A DNA stretch of 57,032 bases, counting the filler, from Sphacelaria rigidula (Eukaryota), in NCBI GenBank assembly GCA_964200075.2. It is 5 parts of 5 records of this genome, joined end to end, with 100 filler letters (N's around TTAATTAATTAA, not from the genome) between each part and the next. Parts side by side here need not be neighbours in the genome. Positions count along the whole stretch, not along the records: positions 11,429 to 22,755 come from CAXNAA020005056.1; positions 22,856 to 34,181 come from CAXNAA020005057.1; 3 more parts are not named here. The stretch is one strand, 5' to 3'. This document shows, piece by piece, positions 12,296 to 23,973 of this stretch (position 1 is the stretch's first letter; the number at the start of each line of letters is the position of its first letter). The notes under the pieces were generated by a model. That model was not told the origin of the DNA. It ran no database searches and saw only the letters and a program-made list of their open reading frames with translations. Made by a program: the position numbers and the translations under genes.

Positions 12296-13759
12296 TGATG
12301 GCAATCTCTGCAGCGATTGGACATAGCCGAACGAGAACACACAAAGGACACCGGCGAGGAGCTTCCTCTCCGCCGTTGCTCCTCTGGTGATATCGTCACC
12401 GACACGCATGTGTACGGCATTCATTTGGTACACCTAACCACATCGGCGTAACTGCAACAGAAACTGTGCTTGCGAAGGTGCTTTCTCGTATAGTGATATT
12501 GTTTGGCGTGAATTCTCGGTTTTTCGAGTTGGGGTTGAACCCCATTTTAGTGTTCAACCCCAAAACTCGGAATCGGCTGTTATATGTAGAAGCACACCAC
12601 GACAAGCATTCCAATGAGGCCGCTCCTTACAGCAAACAAAAAAAGAGTAATGTAATAATATCGTGTTTCGGAATATGTTTATTTTTATCATAGAGTCAGA
12701 GTGCAGAGTGGAAGTTTCGAACCCTCATAGTGGACGTTAAAAAGTTCATAGCGGAAGCTGATGTGACATGGCTTGACGTGATTTGTTTTGTCGCAGTGAT
12801 TGGCCGCTGGCCGCAGGTTGCCCCGCCAAATGTACGGTCGACCAGCGTCCACTTCGAAAGTGCATAGGCCGGCACAACACTGACTGCACCGTTCACTGCG
12901 GCACCGTACGCACCATACACTAAGCTTTTTCACTGCACCTGCAGTACTTCAATCCACTACGGCGCACTACAGGACACTGTAGGGCTGTAGTGCTATAGTT
13001 CTGTGCAGCGTGGAGTACAATGCAGTACAGAGAGTGCAATACAGAACCCTACAACAGAGCATTGCGATGCTATGAACTACTGTATTAAACTGTACAGCGA
13101 TACCGCACAGAGAGTCAGTTGTACAAACAGCAGTACAAACAGTACCGTACACAGCACTTTCAAACAGCAGACCTCGGCCGCATTGCGATTATTATTCCAC
13201 GTACCACCCCTATGGTAATGCAAGACGTTATGATCTCTCACGGAATGGGAATACAGCCAGGTGTAGTACTGCTTGTGCGCTGTACACCATGAATCCTTTC
13301 TTCGGTCTTCTTCCAGCTGAAGCTGGGAAGAATGAGGAACTGCACCCAACGCAACGTGAACCTGTCGAACATTTGAATTTTCACGCAACACAACCAAGCA
13401 GATTGCTGACACCATGGCGGCGTCAGGGAGGCTTCTGATTGCGATGTTAAGCTCTTCTTCTTCGTGAATGGTCCATTGTAATGAGTATGGTAGTCTTGAT
13501 GGATGATCCATGTCCCACTTTGCTTGTTAGGGTGTATTGACTTTGGACTGAACGTGACCATGGTGGTGAAGGTGGGCGTGGTTTTTCTTTCATTCCGCTA
13601 TGAACTCTGACGAGAAACAACGTTTTTCAGAGTGAAGTGGTGCAAACGGGACTCTCACTCAGAAATAATCGCTCTGAGAAAAACTTCACAGCATCGTTAC
13701 CGGCTATTTTTCCTGCCACTCTGACTCTAAGATATGAAGAATCGTTTTCCAAAACTCTC

Positions 13760-14150
13760 TAATGTATTTTTGGTCCTTCTTCGTCGTTTTACGCCGAAAT
13801 AAAGAGCTAGGCGGAATTTGACACCTTACAACAACTTGCTCTGTTCGTTGAGACGGTTCTCCGACATCTTCGCGTTGTCCGGTGGCCGCAGTTTTTATTC
13901 TGGCCAAACTTGAACTCTTGTCCAAGAACTGCCAAAAACAGTCAAATCTAGAAAAAGCTGCCATTTTCCTCTGTGCTTGACCGTCTCTGGACCAAAATGC
14001 TTTTTCGGCCAAAATAAAAACTGCGGTCATCGGAATATGTCCTGGAATCGTCTAAAACGAGTACAGCAAGTCATTCCAAGATGTCCAACGCCGCCTAGCT
14101 CTTTTTCAGGGCGTGAAACGACGGAGAAGGACCAAAAAAGGTTTTTTTAC
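13760..14150. mobile_element. Palindromic MITE, family A
   Basis: Arm GAGCTAGGCGGAATTTGACACCTT...TGGCCGCAGTTTTTATT and its inverted copy AATAAAAACTGCGGTC...CCGCCTAGCTC; same family as 34670-35071 and 37040-37410. Confidence 0.7.
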
Positions 14151-14579
14151 AGGACGGTTTTTTGTTTGCCATAGAAAGCGGCCTGAATTGGCTAGGGATA
14201 TATCCCGAATGAATATGAGGAAACAGGCATATCCTGACCTATTTTGTTGTGTAGCTCCCAAGTTTAGGAGGCCTTAAATCAGAAAGATCTGGGCCTGAAT
14301 ATACAACTCCTACCGCAGCATTTTTCCTTTCTATTGTTCTTGTGGGTGATCATGATGTTATCGGGCGCTTGCGCTGCTGGAATGAAACCGTGTTATGGGA
14401 TGCGAAACGTGCACGTGAACCCTAAACCATTTAGCATGAATATTTCATTTCTTATTTTCATGGCCGTCCTCAACGACGCGCAAAAGTGATATTTGTCGTT
14501 TTTTATCTTAATTTTTCTTGCATCTTCCGTGCAGTTTATAATTCGGTCGTGCTGTTCATTTGGAGACGTGCACGACCTT

Positions 14580-15001
14580 GAACAGCCGATCATCGAAATT
14601 GAGGATGCAGCTTTCCGTTGAGGATGATAACCCGGAGGATTGAAATCTTCGTACTCACACGAAATCTTCGAAGTATGGTTCCATTTCTTCACCTACTGGT
14701 GGCTACTGGCAAGCACTACACGTCATGCAAAATTGGATTTCGATAACCGAAATCTTGGGGTCCTAGGCGGCGATCCGATAGGATTACCTATATTCCCCAA
14801 AATTGTTCCCTCACCTAGGACCCCGACATTTCGGTTATTGGAATCTAAATTCGTGGGGCGTGTAGCAGTTGCCAATAGCTATCAGGAGGTGGAGGAATGG
14901 AATCATATTCCGAAGATTTGGTGTGGATACGAAGATTTTAATCCTCTGGGTTCTCATCCTCAATGAAAAGCTCTATCCTCAATTTCGATGATTGGCTGTT
15001 C
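14580..15001. mobile_element. Palindromic (fold-back) MITE, family B
   Basis: Termini GAACAGCCGATCATCGAAATTGAGGAT / ATCCTCAATTTCGATGATTGGCTGTTC with ~190-bp inverted arms; inner arms shared with 21268-21701. Confidence 0.8.
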
Positions 15002-15817
15002 TTCACCCCCATGGCGTTGTTCGTTTTCATTTCCAATCTGGATAATGGCCACACCTTAAAATCAGCTCTGCTGCTCGTTGCAGCTCGGGGTAGACGCAGT
15101 CTCTAGCTAGACTGCACACACGATGACTGCACTGCACATAGATACGATTGTGTGGTCTTGGAGGTGACTATCGTGGTTTTCGGTCTATGCGCTGCTGGTA
15201 TGGCATGGTGTGATGAGGGATGTGTAATGTGAACTTGGACGCCAAACTGCTAAGCATGAAACATACCATGCAAGGAAAGTTTCCGAAAGTACATCTATCA
15301 TGACGAACACTTCTGACCGCCGCTTGAAGGGTGTGTTGTAAGACACAAATAAGTGAATGCTGCTTTTAGATCTGAGGAGTTCGGGCGCTTCCCCGTGCAT
15401 CCTGTCGTGTGTGATCTCGCGTATACATAGAGCATTAAGCTTCCATTCACCGCGGGGGAGAAGGCTCGCTGCATGGTCTCGCCACATTTTGACGTGTGCA
15501 GTGACCGACCCGTTGTGTTAATTGTCAGGGCTGAACTTCCTCACTATTCTATTCCCCTCCGCGCTCGTGTTCTTTGACTCCTCTCGATGCACACATGTGT
15601 CGTCTTGGGCCGCCAGCACTTGGGGACTCGGCGTGGCTGTCAGCTGGGCATGCCGTCTCTATGGCCTTATTTCATGCAGGATGGTGCAGCTCATGTGCGG
15701 GGTTAAATTGCATACGCTGTAGAGCTTCGCTTACTTCGTACCATACAAACCAGAAGTGATTCACACGTAAAAAATCATTCCTGTCTGTGGTAGGCGTGAT
15801 CCGCCCATTTCGTAGTC

Positions 15818-15970
15818 AAGGTTCGCATTTACCCCTGTGTGGAGGAAATACTATCTGCGCTATAGGAAATCTTGAATCGGAGAACTTTCAGTTAAGGTTC
15901 GCATTTGCCCCTGTGTGGAGGAAATACTATCTGCGCTACAGGACACCTTGAGTCGGAGAACTTTTAGTTG
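15818..15970. repeat. ~77-bp tandem duplication
   Basis: AAGGTTCGCATTT(A/G)CCCCTGTGTGGAGGAAATACTATCTGCGCTA...TCGGAGAACTTT occurs twice. Confidence 0.9.
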
Positions 15971-16455
15971 AAAGCAATTTGTCTTTGCAGTTTTTTTGGT
16001 CAACATAACCACCAGGTAGAGGTTCAGATTTGAAGTTTGTTGATCAAGAGGTATTGGTACCCGACACGGATTTGGAAAAAAAGAAACGTTTCCACGATAT
16101 CTTCAAAGCGATTCGGGGGCTTACCGGTCGTCAACCGTCCTACAAGTACACAGCCCCAGGTTCTGACTCTTTGTTACTTCCTTTCAATTGAACCAAACCC
16201 CAATCGTTCTGGTGAGCAACCATGTGCACTTGTTTTCTTCACTTTTGAGCCCTTTATTGCCCGCCACCCGAGTAATGTGCTCTTTGATGAGTCGCGTTAT
16301 CACTGACAAATAAGAGCTTCAACACCGAATTGCCCCGATCAGACGAAATGGAAGAATACTTCATGTTGGCGACATGATTTTTCACCAGCACTACGTGTAT
16401 CTATTGACCCGAGCACTTTCGAGTAAAAATGGAATCATTCGCGGAAAAAGGTCTA

Positions 16456-17066
16456 CTTTCTCTGTCTCTAAGTTAGGGTACCTAAATTTGTACGGGCCCT
16501 CAACCGTGTCCGATCTGTTTTTCGAGTTTGTTGTTGAAATCTTCGGTGTTTTTCGAGTAAAAAACGTTTTGTTTTGTTCTTCAGTCGGTGCTTGAACCAT
16601 GCGGCCGAACGGCCGAAAATAATAATCAGCCGGCCCCTAAATGGCCGTATTCCACGCCTTTCCCACGAGAAAGAAAATGTCGAAAACCGTTGTCGCCATT
16701 GCGTAGTAGCCACCAACCGATATCTCGGTGCCCCGTTTGCGAGGTGGGGGTGTGCCGGGGGGCGAGTCCATGGCTAGAATGGAGTAGTGAGCAAGTAGGG
16801 TTCTAAATTTGGACGCTTTTGATAATGTTTTTGAGAATTCTCAAAAACATTCTCAACAAAACATTGTAAATAATATTCCCCAAATGGGCCAAGATGGGAT
16901 ATATTTTAACCCATTTCAGGCGAAGGAATAGAACCCCGTTTTTTTTCTTTTTTAGCTTCGTCGTCGTTACATCTTTCTAACGAACCCGACCATACTATCC
17001 TCACTACACGGTTGTACCCAGACAACGTATTTCCCATAGGTACCCTAATTCAAAAGACAGAGGAAG
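16456..17066. mobile_element. TA-flanked Stowaway/Tc1-mariner-like MITE
   Basis: TA|CTTTCTCTGTCTCTAAGTTAGGGTACCTA ... TAGGTACCCTAATTCAAAAGACAGAGGAAG|TA; imperfect ~29-bp TIR. Confidence 0.75.
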
Positions 17067-18198
17067 TATCAAGTTAATTTCCCGTTTGAAGCTCTGATCA
17101 TCGTAATGCCCGACAAATACACGTGGTGTGATTTGCTTGGTTCGGTAGAATGACAGACAGGTTCAGTCGTCGGTATACTCGTATAACATATCTAGAGTCT
17201 AAATCTTATATACACACAAAATATTATCTTCGAAAATGAGGTCGGATATCAAAATGAGGTTCAACTCTAAAACAGTGCTTTCTCTGGCCTCATGTCATGA
17301 CGAATGACTCTCGTATGTGCCACCTTCTTCTGTCGCCCGAGTTCCCTGAACTTTTGGGGGGTTTCCCGTCTTCCGCCATTTTCGGGATAAAAGCGTCCCT
17401 TTAATCACCCGAGATGGAGGCAAAAAGGTGCTTTCGCACATACCCTTTGGAGGAATGGAAGGTTGGCTACGCCCAAAAAACGTTTCAGGGAGGTCGGGGG
17501 GCGTGATGTGGTCCATATGAAAGTCATTTGTCATGACAATAGGTCAGGGAAAGCACTGTTTCGGAGTTGAATATCATTTTGATGTTCAACATCATTTTCG
17601 ACGAGAATGTCTTACAATGAATACCGTTCGGTTACTATCTCAAACTACAGAACCAGTATTTCCAGGTTACCCGCGAGTACTATTATCAATTCAGTTCTAC
17701 CGAGAAACCGTTCACTTGCTTCAAGTTACATACTATACTGTGCTGTACTGCACGTATGGCTATTCATACACGATTTACGAGCCTCTCATGAGTTGGTATA
17801 ATAAATCCTGTTTGTATCGGTTCTAGTAGAATCTCTCATGTGAGAGTACAGGAAGATTTCATGGCTTTCTATAAACTAAGACACACACACGTGTTCCCCT
17901 TCCTGGGACTCTACCCTCGTGCCGGACGCATTAGATACGTGGCGGATAGCACTTGTGTGCCTCCCGGCGACCGACCGGAAAGGGCGGCAGCGTGTATTAT
18001 CTATGCTCAAGATATCCTCCGCTGTTCAAGTCGCGCAGATCGTCCTGTGGTGGGCTTTGATGTGGTTGCTGGAGAACCCTAGCGTAGGTTCGTGTATCCA
18101 AGTGACTACTGACTTGGACTGCATGGTGATGTACGTAACAGCGGCATCGTGAAACCCGGGGCGACAGGTAAACCCAGTCTTGCAGGTTCAACACTATA

Positions 18199-18792
18199 CT
18201 TCCTCTGTCTCATAAGTCTGTGCCGTTATGTTTGTATGAGCCCTTAACGATGTCCGATTTGATTTTCGATTTTTTGGTTGCATTCGGGTCGGCGTTTTTT
18301 TAGCGAAAAACAATACTCCTTCTGCAACGTGGGCGCTTGACCCGTGCAGCCTCGCGACCGAGAAAAAATGGGTCGGTCAAAATATGGTCATTTTTCGCTT
18401 TTTTTCCCAGTAAAGCATAACAGACCCGGTAATCGCGAAAATCGTTGAAAAAATGTGAAAACCGCAAAACCACCATTGATTTGGATATCTCCGTGACGTT
18501 AACCTACGCACGCCCCATCTAACAATTTTTCAGCATGTAATCGCTAGTACTCGACGTAAAAACGTCCAAAATTGGTCAACATTGATGTGTAAGTGGACCA
18601 AAAAGGGGATGAATGGGGTACATTTTGACCTGATTTTAGTATTGAAAACAAGTTTTTTCCCTCTTCTTTCCTTGAGTCAGCTTCGTCTGCGCGTAATCTC
18701 TCTAACGAACCCAACTGTAGGATGATCGTCAGCGTTGAAATACCCGAAGGATCAAACGAACATAACGGCACAGACTTATGAGACAGAGGAAG
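18199..18792. mobile_element. TA-flanked Stowaway/Tc1-mariner-like MITE with a perfect 34-bp TIR
   Basis: TA|CTTCCTCTGTCTCATAAGTCTGTGCCGTTATGTT ... AACATAACGGCACAGACTTATGAGACAGAGGAAG|TA. Confidence 0.9.
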
Positions 18793-21267
18793 TATATTCG
18801 ATCTCTTCGTGGGACACGTAGTGTGCGGTGTTGACGACCTTTGAGTAGTTTAGACTACCAGGGTTCACATACGTACAGATGTGGAAACGTAGGTGGGCCG
18901 GACGCGAGCACGCGCTTCACCCGAGAGCATCATCATGGTTGAGTTTCAAGCTTGTGCAACGATCATGATAATTTCCATTCATCAGATCATGCAAATAGTT
19001 TGAAGAGCGAGGTTAAACAGGAGGTGCGACCGCTTGAATAAGAGTCCATTGCAGTCGAAAGAACGGCAGGTGTCGAAACTTGCGATGATCGCTCTGCGGG
19101 TACGATGGGAAGTAATAATCGCTCAAGAGCCACACACGAGGGCTTCATGGTAGGCCGCTTCTATCGCGAACCCATTCCTAACGGTTTCGTTGTCCATCCC
19201 TCTTTCCTCGGTCAACACTATCCTGCCGGTATTTATTTTTACCGCAGGTTCGGCAGCGCTTGTGGCTGCCTTCCTTGGTTCTTGCATTCGAGGTACGCTT
19301 GTATGAACGGTTGAGTAGGCGGGAAGCAGAGTGCTACAGCATCTATGTCGAGTGTACAAGGAGTGATGGTCCACGATTTACTCATACAAGGAAAGTCATG
19401 TGACTGATGCTGCGCAATCTTTGGGTCAAGCTTCCATCTGTTTCTACAAGTTGGGCCAGCCCCAAGGACGAAATTAAGCTCTCATGCAGGCTGGTTCAGG
19501 GTGTGACCCAAAGTTTATTCCTCGCTAGATGCAGGAGGCGCATTTTACCACATGAAAACATTTTTGGTATCGTCGTGACCCACTGAGCAAGCAAACAGTG
19601 TGGCATGGCCACACTATTTTCTTGGTTCTTCGCCGTGGCGCTGGTGGTGGAAATATTTCTCGGCCAATCAGGGGGCCTTCAAAATGTTTGGAAATTAAAA
19701 ATGCGAATTCCCGACACAATTTGCACCCAGTTTAATCACGAATCAAGCCTTAGTAATTGTCGTCAGCTGGTGAATTCAACACAAAAGGTGCGTTTGAAAA
19801 CGGTTTGTATGGGATCGAAGTATACCCCAAAACGTGGTATTTCGGTCATGTGGGGTATTGGCGTCGTCGGATTTCCGCTGATCATATGCATCGAAGAGCC
19901 AGAAAGCCTCTTGGAGTCTTTTCTTGTGACCGTCGTAGAAAAGCTTCGATCACCCGTAAGCTTGGGAGTTTGATAGATGTAAGTGCTACAGGTGAATAAA
20001 AAATCGTTATAAGAATATATCAGAAGTTGAAGTTTATTCGCCCTCCACCGGCTTCCGGCGGTCCCAACGTGAAGATCCTCAAAGGTCGGTACAATTTGCC
20101 TCAAAATGAAAATTCAAAATTTGACCCGCCCCGAGGTAGTCTAAGGAACGCTTGTTCTTACAAAGTTTCGTTGCATAACTCCAAAATATGATCCCCAACG
20201 GTCGATGCAAGCTCAAGCGCACAAGAAAAGCGTCGGTAGTACACTGCAATCAAGTGATGAGAGGGGTGCCACGTACAGTTGTGTACTTCAACGCACATAC
20301 AGGCGATTACTCACGCTGTTTTTTTGTGTTAGACCTTGAAATTCTGCACACGGGTGCTCTGAGATATTCAAAAACTATCCAGGGTCCCAGTAGGCGGTAC
20401 GACTAAACGGCGTCAGGAATCACTGGGGAATAAATTTTGGTCTTTCATTCTGAACCACCCTTTGGCCATATCTCATTGATGCAGAAGTACTGGGCTATGA
20501 GCCGCTTGTCTGATTAATCGTCTACTCCAGGGGAAGATGCTCATCTGCTGTGCAGCCTGAGAAAAATTTCATCTCGTTGATTAAGCGCCGGCTCGAGTAA
20601 ATCCCATGTCGTGCGAAGATTATCTCCATACCAAAAGTTCATACGGAACCTCGAACGATATGTACAGCGGTTGATGACGATTTTTGTTGTAAGCGTTCCT
20701 TGGAGCACGGGGAAACGTTCAGAGGCACTGAGCGCACTAAATATGGATTCCGCGTCTCAGTTTTCAGAGTTGTGCTTTGAATTTTTTTGTTTAGAATTGC
20801 AAGTGCATACTAAAAACGACGCTCTCGGGACCTTCCACCCCCCTCCCGTGAATTAGGGACGTTTTGTAAATAATATATATTGTTTTTGGCCCCTAATTGG
20901 TTTTCTCAGCTCAATTTCTTGAGCTGTGATTCCATATCAAGTGTGGAGAATTACAAGGATACATTGCAAGCGAAACTGCAGGGAACATTCTTTATGCGTG
21001 AGTTATAATGACATTTTCATTATGAAAATCGTCCTTACTACACTAAAACGTGTTGAAATCGCGGGAAAGAAATCTCACCCCGCAGATTCCTTTTTTCATT
21101 ACTATTCTCATGCCTTTGTAATCCTCCACGCAAAATTTCAAAGCAATCTTGAAATAGAGCTGCAAAATGGCCTACAACGTCCAGCTCCGTTTGTAGGCTG
21201 GCCCAGCCTGGAAGTATGGAATTCTCACCTTGATTTGGACAGTTTCACCTTTAAATTTGGTATAAGT

Positions 21268-21701
21268 CGGGATCTTACAAAATGGGGATGGATCTTTTAT
21301 TGGGGATGAGAAACCCGGGAAATTAAAATATTCGTATCTACACCAAATCTTTGAAATATGGTTCCATCTCTTCACCTACTGATAGTATTGACAACAGCTA
21401 CACGCCATGGAAGTTTGGATTTCGATCACTGAAAAGTTTGGGTCGTAGGTGCAAAAAAAGTTTGAAACCATTTTGGCGTCCGTTCGGACGCCCGAAATTC
21501 CCCAATTTTTTTTCTTCAACTAGGACCCCAATATTTCGGTGACCGAAATCTAAATTTCCATAGCGTGTAGCGGTTGTCAATAGCTATCAATAGGTGACGA
21601 GATGGAACCATATTTCAAAGGTTTGGTGTGGATACGAAGATTTCAATTCTCCAGGTTTCTCATCCCCAATAAATGATGCATCCCCAATTTGTAAGATCCC
21701 G
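21268..21701. mobile_element. Palindromic MITE related to family B
   Basis: CGGGATCTTACAAAATGGGGATG...TGGGGATGAGAAACC versus GGTTTCTCATCCCCA...ATCCCCAATTTGTAAGATCCCG; inner arms homologous to 14640-14960. Confidence 0.8.
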
Positions 21702-22197
21702 TGTCGTATGGAGAATCGCTGAGGTTTGAAAATAAAAAACGTAAGTTCGACGCCCTGAGATTTCCTCTTCACGGGTTGAGGCAGCAAGAACAAGATCCAG
21801 ATTCATTTGACTAAAACGCCCCTAACTCCTGAAATAAAAACTCAGTGTGTTGGAATTACGTTCTTCTATTATACCCCAGCGATTCTCCATGCCAATTTTT
21901 CAAATGCTGCTGTCGAAACTGAGGTGAGATTCTGCCTGCATCCCACAGATCCGCTTTTATAGGCTCACCGAGCTTGTCAGTTTATCACACGAGGCAAAAG
22001 GAAGAAGTCTACACCCACGTGTAAACGGACGCAGACCACGTCATGTCTAGGGTCGCGGCGAGGTCGCGTTGATGAGTGTGAGTCGCGGGGGCTCCGAAAT
22101 CCAAAGATCCGGTCTTCATGCTTCAGGATAGGCTACCCTGCTTATGTACAACGTCTAGACACTTTCTGACCAACAGTGCGTGTGTACATGTACATAT

Positions 22198-22245
22198 ACA
22201 CATACATACATACATACATACATACATACATACATACATACATAC
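22198..22245. repeat. (CATA)n microsatellite
   Basis: Read directly from sequence. Confidence 0.95.
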
Positions 22246-22269
22246 ACGCATACACGCATACATGCCACG

Positions 22270-22565
22270 ATCCGGTGGTCTAATGGTGCGACTGCCACCG
22301 TTAGGGTGGAGAGAACACGGATTCGATTCCCGATGCGTTCGGTTTCTTCTACGAATGATTCCCACTGTGGAAAGTGAGAGTGCGCGAGTAGACAAAAAGT
22401 AGATGCTTGAGTTTATTTGACAAGAATTGCCGCGGTGCGGGATCGAGTGCTGGCCCAATCCGCGAGACGATAATGCAAAGCGTGTACCGGGGAGAGATCG
22501 GCTGATCCCTACAGATCACGGACTTGTCCCGAGAAAGGGGAGGGGTTCGACCGGCGGCAAATAAA
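22270..22565 (+). mobile_element. tRNA-derived SINE, second copy, 3'-truncated and followed by (TAC)n/(AAT)n runs
   Basis: TCCGGTGGTCTAATGG (A box)...GGATTCGATTCCCG (B box). The body ...GCGTGTACCGGGGAGAGATCGGCTGATCCCT...CACGGACT matches the minus-strand copy at 5590-5872. Confidence 0.75.
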
Positions 22566-22755
22566 ATACTACTGCTACTACTACTACTACTACCACTACT
22601 ACGAATAAAATAAAATAAAATTATGATAATGATAATGATGATGATAATAATAGTAATAATATTAGTAATAATAGTAGTAATAACAACAACAATAGAGTCA
22701 TCCTACGATAGGGGGGGGGGGGGTATTTGGTTGCACGAAAAACAAGGCTCATAAG

Positions 22756-22855
22756 NNNNNNNNNNNNNNNNNNNNNNNNNNNNNNNNNNNNNNNNNNNNT
22801 TAATTAATTAANNNNNNNNNNNNNNNNNNNNNNNNNNNNNNNNNNNNNNNNNNNN
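22756..22855. other. Artificial linker N44-TTAATTAATTAA-N44
   Basis: Identical 100-nt linker. Confidence 0.98.
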
Positions 22856-23459
22856 CGATCGGGAGTTTCATAGAGATTTTAGTATTGGCAAGGTATTGGC
22901 GCTATCTCCGTTGGGTATAATAATAGGAATTACTAGACATAGAGTTTAATCTCAACGAGAAAATGTGGTCCCAAACTTTTGAGCAGATGAGCACCTTCCC
23001 CTTGATTAGACGATTAATACGATCTGCGGATCACGGCCCAACTCGTCTGCGTCGAAGAGATATTGCTTTTAGAGCTTAAATCCGTTTTTAGGCTGGCCCA
23101 GCTCGTAGCTCGTACGGCTTTTGAATTGGTGCAATATGCGACAGTCACTCAGTCAACATGTATTGAATATACCCATCCTGTCCCCACATTAATCCCTTCC
23201 CGGATATAATTGTTTTGTCACTATAATACTGCAGCTCCGGGTGATGCAAGGTTTCCATACGTCAACAGCTCATCATGAGCTACGTGAAAATTACTTCTTA
23301 CTAGACTCCTGGTTCAGATCATGAGCTCTTATCAATATATTATGTGCTTCCCCAATCTGGGCCATATTCGGACTCATCATAATCGGCGAAGCTTGGGCGA
23401 AGCTTGGAAGCCAATTTTGATCCATGAATAATGGAAAATAATAGAAAGTACCGCATATA

Positions 23460-23639
23460 TGCTTGTGAGTTTTAATCTGTGCCTATTTTGTTTTCTTGTT
23501 TTTTTGCTAGCCTGTGACCACGGAAGGCGTCCGCAACAGATGCCCAGTACGAATGTACCGCGTAAATATCGGTTTTCAATGTTAAGACAAGAAGAAGAAG
23601 AAGAAGAAGAAGAAGAAGAAGAAGAAGAAGAAGAAGAAG

Positions 23640-23692
<53 letters not shown>
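23460..23692 (+). mobile_element. Retroposon 3' end with a compound (GAA)17(CAA)17 tail
   Basis: ...GTGACCACGG...AATGTACCGCGTAAATATCGG...AATGTTAAGAC followed by the tail. The same end (AATGTACCGCGCAGATATCGG...AATGTGAAGAC(AAC)n) occurs on the minus strand at 45548-45607. Confidence 0.65.
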
Positions 23693-23693
<1 letters not shown>

Positions 23694-23973
23694 ACCATGA
23701 TAACTGTACCTCATTTGCGATACTGTTTGTGGACGAGTCGTCGTCTTATCATCGCGGGTATGAATCGCAGCTATACTAGGAAAATCCTTCGCCCTGCCCA
23801 GAAACAGAAACCTAAAGCAGCACCTACAACAAAAACACAACAGTAGTGGTGCAGTACATGCAGGCAGCACCATAGTAACAAACATCCAGTGATATACTCC
23901 CGCTCTGTCTCTTGGTTGGATCCAGCACAGACGACCCACAGACTGCACACAGATAACCTGTTCTAGTGCGACC

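Noticed and set aside
22270..22340. Functional tRNA gene (also 5800-5872)
   Set aside because: A and B boxes are present, but there is no convincing cloverleaf or anticodon arm, the two copies diverge, and homology continues for hundreds of bases, as expected for a SINE.
23459..23779. Poly-E/poly-Q ORF and its antisense poly-V/poly-L ORF
   Set aside because: These are translations of the (GAA)17(CAA)17 microsatellite tail.
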